A stretch of DNA of 64,000 nt from the NCBI RefSeq assembly GCF_030144855.1, contig NC_082722.1:27280001-27344000 (forward strand). The letters run 5' to 3'. Both the position numbers and the translations under genes were made by a program. Under the pieces are notes generated by a model. That model was given only the letters and a program-made list of their open reading frames with translations, did not search any database and was not told where the DNA came from. Positions 48,876 to 62,700 of this stretch are shown one piece after another; position 1 is the first letter of the stretch; each line of letters opens with the position of its first letter. Source of the stretch: Hypanus sabinus. Lineage: Eukaryota.

Positions 48876-50224
48876 AGGTGATGAAGTTATAATTTTCAGG
48901 TTGTCTTCGGCTGTCAGGCAACTTTTACTACTATTTGGATTTACATTCTTTGACTCGAAAAAGTCTTATAATTTCACCCATCGTCAATTTAATTTACATA
49001 GCTATGTCAGTGTGGCATCCATCTCGGTTGTGAAATACATTACATAAATATTATACTTTTATTCATACAAAGTCCTCTTTTTGTTTCAGTGCGAGATCTG
49101 ACGTTAATATCCGACCACATTTCATTATTTTCTGCATTAAATGAAAATAAACAGCAATCATTTACCAAATAGTCGCTCATGATGTAACCGCTCACGCTTG
49201 GAGGGATGTTAGCAATTGTTACGGTTAAGGATTAAACTTAAAACTGTTTTATTTAACATTGTGATGAAGCTTCTCATTTTTCTCTTTCCAGAATGCACAC
49301 GCCGTGGAATCGAAACACAGATATCGCAGAAAAAATGAGAAACATTCAGTTGTGAGGAAGAGGCTTTGAAGTTACTTTATATTTTAAAAAAATCCACTTT
49401 CTGTAACCTAAACATCGAGCTTTAAAAATAAAGCCAACAGTGCGCAAATCGATTTTTGAGACACATGTAAGTTATAACCACAAAGACTTTCCGTGATGTC
49501 ATCAGCGGGCCGTTAGTGTATTTCTATTCTCTGTCATTTGTAATATCATTTTAACCTGCACGGCGAGTTTGTTGTCGGTCTTTAACTGAACGAAAACATT
49601 GAATCCTGGGGTGCATCTCGGAGTACGGCTCTTCCACCGGTTTCATCCATTCAGAACGAAATAATTACGCAGCCACTCTTATACATGCCTGCAGCAGGAT
49701 ACCACTTGCTCTAACAACTTTTTCTATATAGCTACCGTCCTTTGTCTGAAAGCCATGCCGTGCCCAGCTGTGTTTTAAATCTTTTCTCTCTCAATTCACA
49801 GCTATGTTTTCTAGATTTGGACCCCCTGTCTTGAGAAATGGGCTATAAGCATCCAGTAAATTATTGACCATAAAATTTGTTTTATTTTCAAATTCCAAAT
49901 GTCATCCCTCAGTAACCTGTACTCTAGAGTAAACAGTCCACGTCTATCCAATCTCTCCGTGCCAAAAAAAGCCTTCTATCCCAGGAAAAGTCCCAGAAAT
50001 TCTCTTTTGCAATCGTTCTAACTCCACTACGTGCATTAGGGTAATGCCATTTTCTACTGGTACAACATGGTGTTTCAGCTCTTGTCAAAATCCTGCCAAG
50101 AGGGCAAGTAGGCTAAACTCCTTCTAATCTGGATCCTGATGTGTCGTCGTTAAGTGCACACTAAAATCCATTTCCGCAGCAACGCTTTTAAGGTACCTCC
50201 AGTATATCCCGTCACTATTCACGT

Positions 50225-50440
50225 TACAGGAAATCATAAGCTCAGGAGATTCTGAAATCCAGAGGAACAAACAGAAAACGCTGGTGGAACTCAGTAGGTC
50301 AAGCGCCATCTCTGACAGGGGCTCCCCACCCATGTTAATGGTGGGGGACCATGGCATGAAAAGGTTCGAAACCCCTAATATATTGATAGGTATGAAACAG
50401 ACAATCAACGGTTCGGGTCGAGACCCTTTTACAGTATTTT
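50225..50440 (-). mobile_element. Penelope-like terminal fragment interrupted by a 62-bp hAT-type mini-element (50316-50377)
   Basis: gaaaacgctggtggaactcagtaggtc..; insert caggggctcccc..aaggttcgaaacccct resembles the hAT TIRs at 21547 and 25092. Confidence 0.5.
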
Positions 50441-50714
50441 CAGAGGATATACCCCTGATTAGCCTGGTTTCAACGGTCCCACTATTTAATTTTTAACAAC
50501 AGCACGGACCAACAATTCCTCCAAGAAGAAAAATTTGCCATGGCTTGTAAAAAGATTCTGTGCGGACTGCCGGATTATTAGTGGACTTCCATTCTGAGCT
50601 TATTGTTAGAATTTCTAACAGTGTTGCAACTTTAAACACCGACAATGTAAATACGTTGAAGCTCTAAAATGATAGACAGTAATGGTTGTGGTACCGTTGT
50701 TATTTAAAATAAAA

Positions 50715-51621
50715 ACATACGGATTATATACACCCAACTTCTGCACAGAGTCTTGCCATCTTCAGAAGTCTTCTGATGACTCTGCCATATTTGGATGCAT
50801 CAGCAAGGGAGATGGGGGGGGGGGTAAAGGGCTATGGTGGGAAACTGTGTCACATGGTGTGAGCAGAATCATCTGCAGCTTAATATGAAAAAGACTAAGG
50901 AGCTGTTGGTGGATCTGAGGAGGAAAAAGGAACAAAAGACCTCTGTTTCCATTCAAGGGGTCAGTGTGAACATGGTGGAGGATTGCAAATACCTGGGGAT
51001 ACTAATTGACAATAAACTGGACTGGTCAAAGAATACAGAGGCTGTCTAGAAGAAGGGTCAGAGCCGTCTCTACTTCCTGATGAGACTGAGGTCCTTTAAC
51101 ATCTGTCGGACGATGCTGACGATGTTCTACGAGTCTGTGGTGGCCAGTGCTATTACGTTTGCTGTTGTGTACTGTTGCAGAAGGCTGAGCGTAGCAGACA
51201 CCAATAGAATTAACAAACACCTTCGTAAGGCCAGTGATGTTGTGAGGGTGGAACTGGACTCTCTGACGGTATTGTCTGAAACGAGGATGCTGTCCAAGTT
51301 GCATGTTTCCCATCCACTCCATAATGTACTGGCTGGGCACCGGAGTACGTTCAGCCAGAAACTCATTCCACCGAGATGCAACAGTGAATGTCATAGGAGG
51401 TCATTCCTGCCTTTGGCCATCAAACTTTACAACCCATCCCTCGGAGTGTCAGACACCCTGATCCAATAGGCTGGTCCTGGACTTATTTACACTTGGAATA
51501 ATTTACCTTTTATTATTATTTTTCTAATATTGCTAGTTTTCTGCACTATTCTTGGTTGGTGCGACTGTAAAGAAACCCAGTTTCCCTCGGGATCAATCAA
51601 GTATATCTGTCTGTCTGTCTG
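50715..51621 (+). mobile_element. Rex/Babar LINE 3' fragment
   Basis: WCEQNHLQLNMKKTKELLVDLRR and LRSFNICRTMLTMFYESVVAS; (tctg)n tail. Confidence 0.88.
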
Positions 51622-53732
51622 ACAATTAATTACAGGGTATTTCATAATTATATTTACATAGATTTCAAAATTATATCATTAACAAATGCTACGTGTGCGG
51701 CAGTGTTTCAGTTACCACGTGGTGGCGCACCTGCACAGATGAGAGGGAGCAGTGGTTGCAAGTGTATACAGCCAAAATAGATGGGAGGTGGGTTTCCTGA
51801 TGAACTGAGCTGTGTCCATAACCTTCTGCATTCTTGCTGTGTTAGGCAACCTCCCACTGTCAACATTTCGGTAATACCATTAATTCAATACTTATCTATA
51901 GCTTTGAATCATGGTAAAGTTGAATCTTGCTGTACAATAGCTTCGTGGTGTGTTCGTTACAGACGGGGATTATACCTCTCTGGGAAAAAAGAACCCCTTA
52001 AGTTGGATTCATCGGTATAAATTCGTCTATATATATATATAGATAATACTTTGGTTCTGAAAAAAAAATCCTCTCATCATCATGCAGAAAGGGTACTCTG
52101 GGAATAAACAATGTTATTTTAAACCGCCATCTTTATGATCCATCCACAAAGTGCAAAGTACAAAGATGGCCACTGGGGACTCACTACGTTCATCTGCATT
52201 CAGAGTTGTAAATATTTCTAAACATAATACGGTTCCTGTCTCTATATTGTGTTACCACGCCACTCGTCCCTATCCTACAAGGCAATCAAATGCTACCTTC
52301 GCAATCCAGCAGGTCGGAAGAGTTCAAACTTGCCTCATGAGGTAGCAACTTTATTCGCTGTTACTATATTTAGGTTACACATTGCGCTGCCATGAAGCTT
52401 TAGCAAGTTAATTCAATACCCTTATCTACCTGTTTCCGTGTGGGTGGGACCACAATTCAGCGAATGCTTAAGAGATGCTGACATCACTTATTTGTTGTTT
52501 CCTTCTTATGTTGCCAGCGGCTCACTCAGTCATTTGACTGCACAAATATAATATTTATTTCACATCGTTCTGTGACCTGAACATTTTTCTCCTTTTGTGT
52601 CTGTTAAGTAACACCTAAGACTGATAAGATTAAAGATGAAAAAATAGCATAAATGTCAATATATTTATTAAAATGTGCAATATTCATTCGTGAGTGAGCG
52701 CTCCAACACGTATACATATTGACACATACATTTACTGTAGCCACTGTTTCTGAAATTTCCTTTTACATAGAGTGCATTAAGAACCAATTGCCAGAAGAGG
52801 ATTTGGAAATGTAGTGCACTCACGTGCTTTTCTATCATCTTTAGAAAGCTCTGTTCATTCTGTCTGCAGAATGTTCTACAGTGGTAGCAACTAATGCTAC
52901 AGGGTTGAAAGGACGTTGTAATGAGCTGACAGTGAATAGGTTCTGAAGCACATTTTGCAAAATATCAGCAGCACTTCACATTTGCTTGCTGAATTTGCTT
53001 GCTTTTGTGATTTTGCGATGCAAGAAAATAACAATCGGTGGTTTGTTAGTTTTATTCATGGGTATTTGGAAACCGAAAAAGAGAGACAAGAATAATCAGA
53101 TATTGTAAATTAATAATAAGATATAACTTTTGGAACTTTTACTGGTATGCAGAAGAGAAAATATTGTTTACAAGTGGAAAGGTCGAGGGGACTTGCGATG
53201 TAATGTGACCTGGGTTCCTGGGTGAACCTGGGAAGCCAATGACTGATTCCCGTTGGGAAATCTGCACCAACCACCCATCATTCAGACAAATTTTCAAGCA
53301 GCAAGCGGGCTGTAGGGGTCATGGGTCGGCGGGAAAACGAGGATGCCGATCAAGCCAATAGACCATTAGACCAAAAGATACAAGAGGAGATACTGGACAT
53401 TTTGCCAATGGGATTTGCTCAGCCATTTCTTGCTCAGACCATAGATATAATAGTAGAGGACGTCTATTCGGCCCATTGAGTCTGCTAGGCCATTGAACCA
53501 TTGGTTAATCCAATCTTTTTGGTCATGCCCACTACCCTGCCTTCTCCCAAATCCTTTCATGCTCTGTATAATCAAGAACTTATTTATTTCTGCCTTGAGT
53601 ACACCCAGTGACTCGGCCTCCAGACGCTCCGTGGCAATAAATTCCACAGATTTACCATCCTCTCACTAAAGTGGTTTCTCCAAATCTCAGTACTAAAAGG
53701 ACGTCCTTCAATCCTGATGTCATGCAAGCAAG

Positions 53733-56700
53733 CAAGGAATGACGGCGCCATACTGGCCACTCTGCGCCTGCTCTGCAGAGCCTTCTACACGATCCTGTAC
53801 CCGAGAAACCCTTCTAAACCTCCGATTTGCTACATCTAGCAAGATCAACAACACACTGGCGAAGTTACTGATCCAGATGGAGATCATCGACGCGCCAGAA
53901 TTGCTTCGACTCCAGACCGGACCTGGACCCGAATGTCGAGGCCTAGTCCGAGGACCACAACGTTCCCGGAGACCCGTGGCCTGCTAACATATGGGAGCGC
54001 CTGGAGATATGGCCCATTCCGACCAGCACCTCTCCGAAGCAGACAACCAAACAGAATTGAGGTCGGAGACTTCAAGATACCCCAGAAGCTTCCTCAGAGC
54101 AACAACCGTAGAGTCTCCTTGGTGGCTATCCAGACATGCCTGAACTAAGGCCTCCGCCGCCGAGCTCGGAACTCGAGCCCGAGGTTCGGCTGGAGCGGAG
54201 GCCTCAGCAACCGTGACACAGTTTACGGACTTGTTTCAGTGGGCCCTCCGGAATTAATTGTCGGCTTCGGGGCCCGGCACGATCTACAGCCCGGGCCCCC
54301 TGCAGTTGGAGTGACAGCAGAGACTCCCCCGTCACTCTCCCAGAGCTGGAGCGCCCGACGACGCGATCCGCGGATCGATCCCCGCGGGAAGCGTCCACAA
54401 CCTCAAAGAGCTGCCAACTCACTGCATCGATAGAAACCTGGAAAGATGCACAAATTACCGAGGAAGTGTGGGAAAAGAGCTGGGTTGCTGGTCAGATTGA
54501 AGCGGAGGGGCTTTAACATCCCTCTGCACACCATCCTACTAGCTAATATGCAAGATCTACAGAACAAGGTGGATGATCTTAAAGCTTGACTCACCTACTG
54601 CTGGGAGATGCAGAACTGCTGTGTATTCTGTTTCACAGAGAACTGGTTCCATCCTGCCACCCCCGTCTGGACCATCTGACCAGAGGGATTTTCGATCCAT
54701 CAGATGGACCGCACGGCGTCTTCGGGCAAGACGAAGGGAGGTGGAGTCTGCCTATTGATCAGCACTGCCTGGTGCTATGATACAGTGGCACTGACAAGCT
54801 ACTGCAGTCCGGACCTGGACCATACGTCGGTGAAGTGTCGTCCTTATTATCTGCCACGGAAATTCACCTCGGTAATACTGACAGCGGTCTACATACCACC
54901 CCCCCCCCCCCGCAGGACGTGGAGTGTGCTGTGAATACACTGTACACCAACATCAGTGGACTTGAGACGAGGTATCCGGAGGCTTTGCTCATTTCAGCCG
55001 GGAACATCAGGCCAACTTCAGAAAGGCGCTGCCAAAGTTATACCCACATGTCTCCTGCTCCAATAGAGGCTCGAATATTTTTGACCACTGCTACACAGCA
55101 GTCAAGGATGCCTACCGTTCCGTCCAACGACTTAACTTCGGAAAATCGGACTATCAGGCCGTACGGCTCCTCCCGGCTTACAAGCAGAAATTGAAGCAGG
55201 CGGTCGCGGTGTCAAAAGAGGAGTCGCGTTGGACGGAGGAAACGGATGAGGTCCTCGGTGAATGCTTTGAATTGGTGGACTGGTTAGTATTCAAGGACTC
55301 GGCAGGCAGCTAATCCCGATGAGATTGCCTCAGCTGTCATGGACCTTATCTGGAAATGCACAGAACACTGTGTGTCTCGCAAGTCGATCCGGGTATTCCC
55401 TAACCGGAAGGCTTGGATTACTTATGAGGTCCAGCCCCTTTTGAAAGCTAGAGCTGCGGCTTTTATGTCCGGAGATGCCAGTCGCTACATGGAATCCAGG
55501 CGTAAACTCCGGTAAGCCATTTAGGGCGCCAAGAGGCAATATCGAGCCAAGTTGGAAGCCCAGGCTAACCAGAGGAATGGCAGTAGACTATGGCAGGGTC
55601 TAAATGGCACTGGTCGCAAAGAAAAGGCTGGGAATATCAATAACTGTAGCGCTTCTCTTCCTGACGAACTTAACATATTCTGCTCAAGATTCGAACAGAA
55701 GAGGAGCGTCTGCCCCCTCTGGATGAACTGGACCTGGTGGCATCAAGATTCATCGTCACCGAGGAAGACGTTAGAAAACCCTTCCTGAAAATAAATCCAA
55801 AGAGGCCGACGGGCCCAGATGGCGTTTCGGGACGGGTTCTCCGGGCCTGTGCAAGCGAGCTCGCTGAAGTGTGTGTTGACATTTTCAACGGCACCCTGTT
55901 TCGGTGTAAGATCCCCTCGTGTTTTAGAAAGGCAACGATAATCCCGGTGCCGAAGTAAAGCAATGTGGCATGCCTGAATGACTACCGACCTGTGGCTCTA
56001 ACATCAATTGCTATGAAGTGCTTCGAGCGATTGGTTCTGGCACACATCAGCCATAACCTAACGGTCAACCTCGACTCTTTGTAATTCGCCTACTGAAACA
56101 ACAGGTCAACAGCAAATCCCATCTCCCTGGCACTATACTCCTCATTAGAACACCTGGAGAAGAAATATACATATGTAAGGGTCCTTTTCATTGAGTACAG
56201 TTTTGCCTTTAATACCATTATTCCAAATAAACTAATTCCTTAGCTACGGAACCTCGGTCTCAGCACTTAGGTCTGCAGCTGGATCTTCAACTTCCTCACA
56301 AACAGGACTAGGGCTGTAAAGATAGGGTATAAGCTCTCCACTACAATCACTCTGAGCACCGGTGCTCCACAAGAATGTGTACTCAGCCCCTTGCTGTTCT
56401 CACTTTGCACCCATGATTGTATAGCCAAGTTTCCATCGGACTCAATATATAAGTTTGCTGAACACACCACAATTATAGGCCGCATCTTTGGTAAAAATGT
56501 GTCTGAGTACAGAGAGGAAACTAAGAACCTGGTGGAATGGTGCGACGACAATAACCTATCCCTCGCCATCAGAAAGACGAAGGAATTGATTGTTGACTTC
56601 AGAAGGAGTAGCGGACCGCACAACCCCTTCTACATCAGTGGTGCGCAGGTGGAACAGGTCAAAAGCTTTAAGTTCCTCGGGGTGAATATCACAAAGGACC

Positions 56701-57335
56701 TGACTTGGTCTAATGAAGCAGATTCCACTGCCAAGAAGGCCCACCAGCACCTTTACTTCCCGAGAAAGCTGAAGAAATTTGGCCTGTCCCCTAAAACCCT
56801 CACTAATCTTTATAAGTTTACCGTAGAATGCATTTTTCTATGATGCATCACAACTTGGTATGGAAGTTGTCCTGTCTAAGACCGGAAGAATCTGCAGAAG
56901 ATCGTGGACCTATCCCAGCATATCACACAAACCGATCTTTCATACTTGGACTCACTTTACGCCTCACACTGTCAGAGCAGTGCTGCCAGAATAATCAAGG
57001 ATAAGTCCCACCCAGCCAACACACTTTTTGCCCCACGACCCTCTGGGAGAAAGTCCAGGAGCTTGACAATGCTTAGGGCCAGATTTGGGAACAGCTTCTT
57101 TCCAACTGTGATAAGACTGCTGAACAGATCCTGATCCGGAACTAGGCCGTGCCTTCCAAATATCTGGACCTGACTTGCACTACCGTACTTTCCCTTTTCT
57201 ATCTTCTAATTATGACTTATAGTTTTTTAATTATATTTACTTCGATTTGTACCTCAGGGAGCGCGAAACGCAGAAACAAATATTTCTGTGATACTTGTAC
57301 GCTCTAGTATCAATTGTTTGGTGACAATAAAGTAT
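53733..57335 (+). mobile_element. Near full-length decayed Rex/Babar LINE
   Basis: APE motifs (ctagctaatatgcaa, GGGVCLLI, VILTAVYIPP), RT motifs (GPDGVSGRVL, THDC..YKFAEHT), C-terminal SAARIIKDKSHPANTLF and a 3' gacaataaag end. Confidence 0.9.
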
Positions 57336-58564
57336 TTGTAAAGTGAAATAAAAGTAATTGTAAAGTGGCCTCTTTCATAGAATCCCCTACCATGCGAAAT
57401 AAATTTCCCATCTGTAAATTTCCCATAAATTTCTAATCTGTCCAGGCCATTTAACATTTGGAATGTTTCTGTGCGATCCCCCCTCATTCTCATCAACTCC
57501 GCAGAATTCAGCCTAAGAGCTACCAAACGTTCCTCATATGGTAACTTTTTCATTCGTGGAATAATTTTTATAAATCTTCTCTGAACACTCTCCAATTTCA
57601 GTATATCCTTTCTAAAATAAGGAGCCCAAAACTGCACACAATGCTCCAAGTGTGATCTCACGAGTGCCTTATACAGACTGAAAATCACAACGCTCTTCTT
57701 ATATTCTGTATCTCTAGAAACGGATGCCATCATTGCATTCGCCTTCTTCACAATAGACTCAACCAGCAGGTTAACATTTAAGGCATCTTGCACAAGAACG
57801 CCCAAGTCCCTTTGCATCTCTGCATCTTATATTCTCTCCCCATCTAAATAATAGTCTCCCCTTTTATTCCTTCCACCAAAGTGCATTATCATGCACTTTC
57901 CAACATTATATTACTTTTGCAACTTCTTTGCCCATTTCGCTAAACAATTTAAGTCTCTCCGCAGGCTCTCTGTTTCCATAACACTATCCACTCCTCCACC
58001 TATCGTTGTATCAGCGGCAAATTTAGTCACAAACCCATTCATACCGTAGTCCAAATCATTGACAATCATCGTAAAAATTAGCAGTCCCAATACTGACCCC
58101 TGTGGAACTCCACTGGTAACCGGCAGCCTGCCAGAAGAGCATCCCTTTATTCCCACTCTCTGTTTTCTCCCGAACTGTCAATGCTCCACTCATGCTGGTA
58201 ACTTCTCAAACCATGGGCTCTTATCTTGCTAAGTAGCTTCTAGTGCGGCGCCTTGTCAAAGGCCTTTTGAAAATCCAAATACATCACATCTTCCACGTCT
58301 CTTTTGTCTACCCTGCTTCAATTTCCTCAAAAATTTGCAGTATGTTAGTCAGACAGGATTTTATTTTCAGGAAACCATTCTGGCTTTGGCATATCTTGTA
58401 ATTTGCCTTCAGGTACTCCGTAATCTCTTCCCGAACAACCGATTCTAATGACGTCCCAACCACTGATGTCAGGCTAACAGGTCCATAGTTTCCTTTCTGC
58501 TGCCTCATCACCCTCTTCTCAAATAGCGAAGCAGCATTTTGAATTTGCCAGTCATCTGGTACGA

Positions 58565-59041
58565 AGATGTTGTACCAAGAAGGGTTTTCCCTGTATGGGG
58601 GAGCATGTCTTCTGAGACTAGGTTGAGTGAACTCGGCCTTTACTTCTTGGATCCACGGCGAACGTGAGCTGACCTGATAGATGTGTATAAGATAATGAGA
58701 GGCATTGATCGTGTGCATAGTCTGAGGCTTTCGCCCAGGGCTGTAATGTCTAGCGCGGGAGGGTACAGATTTCTGGTGCTTGGAAGATGGTACAGAAAAG
58801 ATGTCAGGTTTGGGTTTTGTACACAAAGAGTAGTGAGTGCATGGAATGAGCTGCCTGAAGCCGTGGTGGAGGCGGAAACGATAGGGTCTTTCAAGAGACT
58901 CCTGAACAGGTACATGGAGCATGGAAAAACAGAGGGCCATGTGAACGCCTAGGTAGTTCTAGGTTAAGGACATGTTCGGTAACACTTTGTGGGCCGTATG
59001 CCATTTAATGTGTTATAGGTTTTCTATATTTCTATGTTTCT
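58565..59041 (+). mobile_element. CR1 3' fragment nested in the minus-strand CR1
   Basis: YKIMRGIDRV..FCTQRVVSAWNELP and a tttctatgtttcta tail; the host CR1 resumes at aatgcaagaatctatcg. Confidence 0.85.
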
Positions 59042-59729
59042 AATGCAAGAATCTATCGATTCTTCAAAAATCAACTTTAATCCCCCTGCAACCTCTCCAG
59101 CTATTTCCCTGATACTCCGAAGGTGCATTCCGTCATGTCCAGGAGATTTATCCACCTCAGACCTTAAGCTTCCTGAGCACTTTCTCAGTCGTAATTTTCA
59201 CTGCACAAACGTCATTTCCCTGACACTCTTGATTGTCCGAAATACTGCAAACGTCTTCCGCTGTGAAGACTGACGCACAATACGCATTGTCTGCATCTCT
59301 CATGACAATATCTCCAGCGTCACATTTTCTTTGGTCCTATATCTACCCTCGACTGCCTTTAACCCTTTATGTACTTAAAAAACATTCTGTATCTTCTTTG
59401 ATATTGCTCACCAGCTTCCTTTCAGAAATCTTCCTTTCCTTCCTAATGATCTACTAAGTTTCAATCTGCAAGTTTTTAAAAGATTCCCAATCCTCTATCT
59501 CTCCACGAGCTCTGGCTTCCTTGTATGCTCAATCTTCTGTTTTTACTTTGGCTCTGACTTTTTCTTGTTAGCCACAGTAGTGTCCTTATTACCTTTGAAA
59601 ATATCTTCTTATTTGGAATATATCTGTCTTGCACTTTCCTCAATTTTCGCAACTCCAGCCATTGGGGGCCAAAGGTTTTTAATGTGCTTTAGGTTTTCTA
59701 TATTTCTTTGTTCTACGTTTTTATGTTTC

Positions 59730-62700
59730 TGCCCGACTATGTGTGCAGGAAGTGTGTCCAACTGCAGCTTCTGGCAGACCGTATTGAGCGTCTGGAGCTG
59801 CGAGTAGATTCATCCTGAACCATCCGCGATGCTGAGAACGTCGTGAATAGCACGTTCAGTGAGTTGGCCACAACGCAGGTAAAGGCTACACACGCAGAAA
59901 GGGAAGGGGTGGCCACTAGACAGCGTAGCTGTTGGCACGTAGTGCAGGAGTCCCCTGAGGTCATCTCCCTCCTAAACAGATATACTGTTGGTGGAGATGT
60001 TTCATCAGGGAAAAGCAGCAGCAGCCGAGTTCATTGCAACATGGGAGGCTCTGCGGCTTAGGAGGGAAGTAAATGGAGTGGGAGACCTATAGTGATAGGG
60101 GATCCGATTGTAAGGGGAATAGTTAGCCGTTTCTGCGGCCGCAGACGAGACTCCAGGGTGGTATGTTGCCTCCCTGGCGCAAGAATCAAGGATGTCTCTG
60201 AGCGGCTGCAGGACATTCTGGAACGGGAGGTTGAACAGCCAGTGGTCGTGGTGCACATAGGTACCAACGATATAGGTAAAAAAAAAAAAAAAACGGGATG
60301 ACGTCCTACCAGGGGAATTTAGGGAGTTAAGAGATAAACTAATAAGTAGAACCACAATGGTAATAATCTCCGGATTACTACCAGTGCCACGTGCTAGTCA
60401 GAGTAGAAATAGGAGGATATTTCATATGAATACGTGGCTTTAAATATGATGCAAAGAGGAGGGATTCGAATTTCTGGGGCATTGGATCCAGTTCTGGTGG
60501 AGGTGGGACCAATATAAACAGGACGGTCTGCACCTGGGCTGGACTGGAACCAATGTCCTTGGGGGAGCGTTTGCTACCTCTGCTCAGTAGGCTTTAAACT
60601 AATGTTGCAGGGGGATGGGAACAAGTGCAGAGAGACGGAGAGATTTTAAATGATGGTAGTAGTAAGGTGAAAAGTAAAAGTGGCAGGCAGGCAAATCCAG
60701 GGCAAAAAGCAAAAAGAGCCACTTTTCAGCATAATTATATAAGGGCTAAGAGTGTTGTAAAAACAAGCCTGAAGGCTTTGTGCGTCAATGTGAGGAGCAT
60801 TCGTACAAAGGTGGATGAATTGAATGTGCAGATAGTTATTAATGAATATGATATCGTTGAGATCACAGAGACATGGCTCCAGGGTGACCAAGAATGGGAG
60901 CTCAACATCCAGGAATATTCAATATTCAGGAGGGATAGACAGGAAAGAAAACGAGCTGGGGTAGCATTGCTGGTTAGAGAGGAGATTAACACAATAGAAA
61001 GGAAGAACATTAGCCTTGAGGATGTGGAATCGATTTGGGTGGAGCTGCATAACACTAAGGGGCAGAAAACGCTAGTGGAAGTTGTGTACAGACCACCTAA
61101 CAGTAGTAGTGAGGTTGGGGATGGCATTAAACAGGAAATTAGAAATGCGTGCAATAAAGGTACAGCAGTTATAATGGGTGACTTCAATCTACATATAGCT
61201 TGGGAGAACAAAATTGGTAAGGGTGCTGAGGATGAGGATTTCTTGAAATGTATGCTGGTTGCTTTTCTGAAACAACATGACGAAGAACCAACTAGAGAGC
61301 AGGCCATTCTAGATTGGGTATTGAGCAATGAGGAAGGGTTAATTAGAAATCTTGTCGTGCGAGGCCCCTTGGGTAAGAGTGACCATAATATGGTGTAATT
61401 CTTCGTTAAGATGGAGAGTGACATAGTGAATTCAGAAGAAAAGGTTGTGAACTTAAAGGCGGGTAACTTTGCAGGTATGGGACGTGAATTAGCTAAGCTA
61501 GACTGGCAAATGATACTTAAAGGGTTGACGGTGGATGTGCAATGGCAAGCACTTAAAGATCGCATGGCTGAACTACAACAATTGCACATCGCTGTTTGGC
61601 AAAAGAATAAACAAGGGAAGCTATTGCACCCGTGGCTGACAAGGGAAATTAGGGATAGTATCGTCTAAAGAACAAACATATTAATTAGCCCAAAAAAAAA
61701 AGCGGCATACCTGAGGACTGGGAGAAATTCAGAGACAAGCAGAGGAGGACAAAGGGCTTAATTAGGAAAGGGAAGAAATATTATGAAAGAAAGCTGGCAG
61801 GGAACATAAAAACTGACTGAAAAAGCTTTTATAGATATGAGAAAAGAAAAAGATTGGTCAAGACAAATGTAGATCCTTTACAGTCAGAAACAGGTGAATT
61901 GATCATAGGGAACAAAGACACGGCAGACCAATTGAATAACCACTTTTGGTCTGTCTTCACTAAGGAGGACATAAATAATCTTCCAGAAATAGTAAGGGCC
62001 CAAGGGTACTAGTGAGATGGAGGAACTGAGGGAAATACATGTTAGTAGAGAAGTGGTGTTACTTAAATTGAAGGGATTAAATGCAGGTAAATCCACAGGG
62101 CCTGATGGTCTGCATCCTAGAGTGCTTAAGGAAGTAGCCCAAGAAATAGTGGATGCATTGGAGATAATTTTTCAAAACTCCTTAGATTCTGGATTAGTTC
62201 CTGAGGATAGGAGGGTGGCTAATGTAACCCCACTTTTTTTTTTAAAAAAAAGAGGGAGAGAGAAACTGGGGAATTATAGACTGGTTAGTCTGATATTGCT
62301 GGTGGGGAAAATGCTCGAGTCAGCTATCAAATATGTGATAACAGCACATTTGGAAAGAGGTGAAATCATCGGACAAAGTCAGAATGGATTTGTGAAAGAA
62401 AGATCATGTCTGACGATTTGAACATGTAACTAGTTGAGTGGATAAAGGAGAGCCAGTGGATGTGGTATATTTAGATTTTCAAAAGGCTTTTGACAAGGTC
62501 CCACACAGGAGACTAGTGTGCAAACTTAAAGCACACGATATTGGGGGTATGGTATTGATGTGGATAGAGAATTGGTTGGCAGATAGGAAGTAAAGAGTGG
62601 GAGTAAACGGGATCTTTTCAGAACGGCAGGCAGTGACTAGTGTGGTACCGCAAGGCTCAGTACTGGAACCCCAGCTGTTTACAATATATATTAATGATTT

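Larger units (their letters stand above)
53365..59665 (-). mobile_element. CR1 LINE split by two later insertions (pieces about 53365-53720, 57360-58560, 59042-59665)
   Basis: Minus ORFs are collinear across the interruptions (LYKALVRSHLEHCVQFWAP; GVPQGSVLG; FVTKFAADT; NYGPVSLTSVV). Confidence 0.85.

Noticed and set aside
49292-49369. Plus-strand strong acceptor with a basic 25-aa frame, and a 33-nt mini-exon candidate at 44981-45013
   Set aside because: No upstream coding exons or homology found; it cannot be supported without RNA data.
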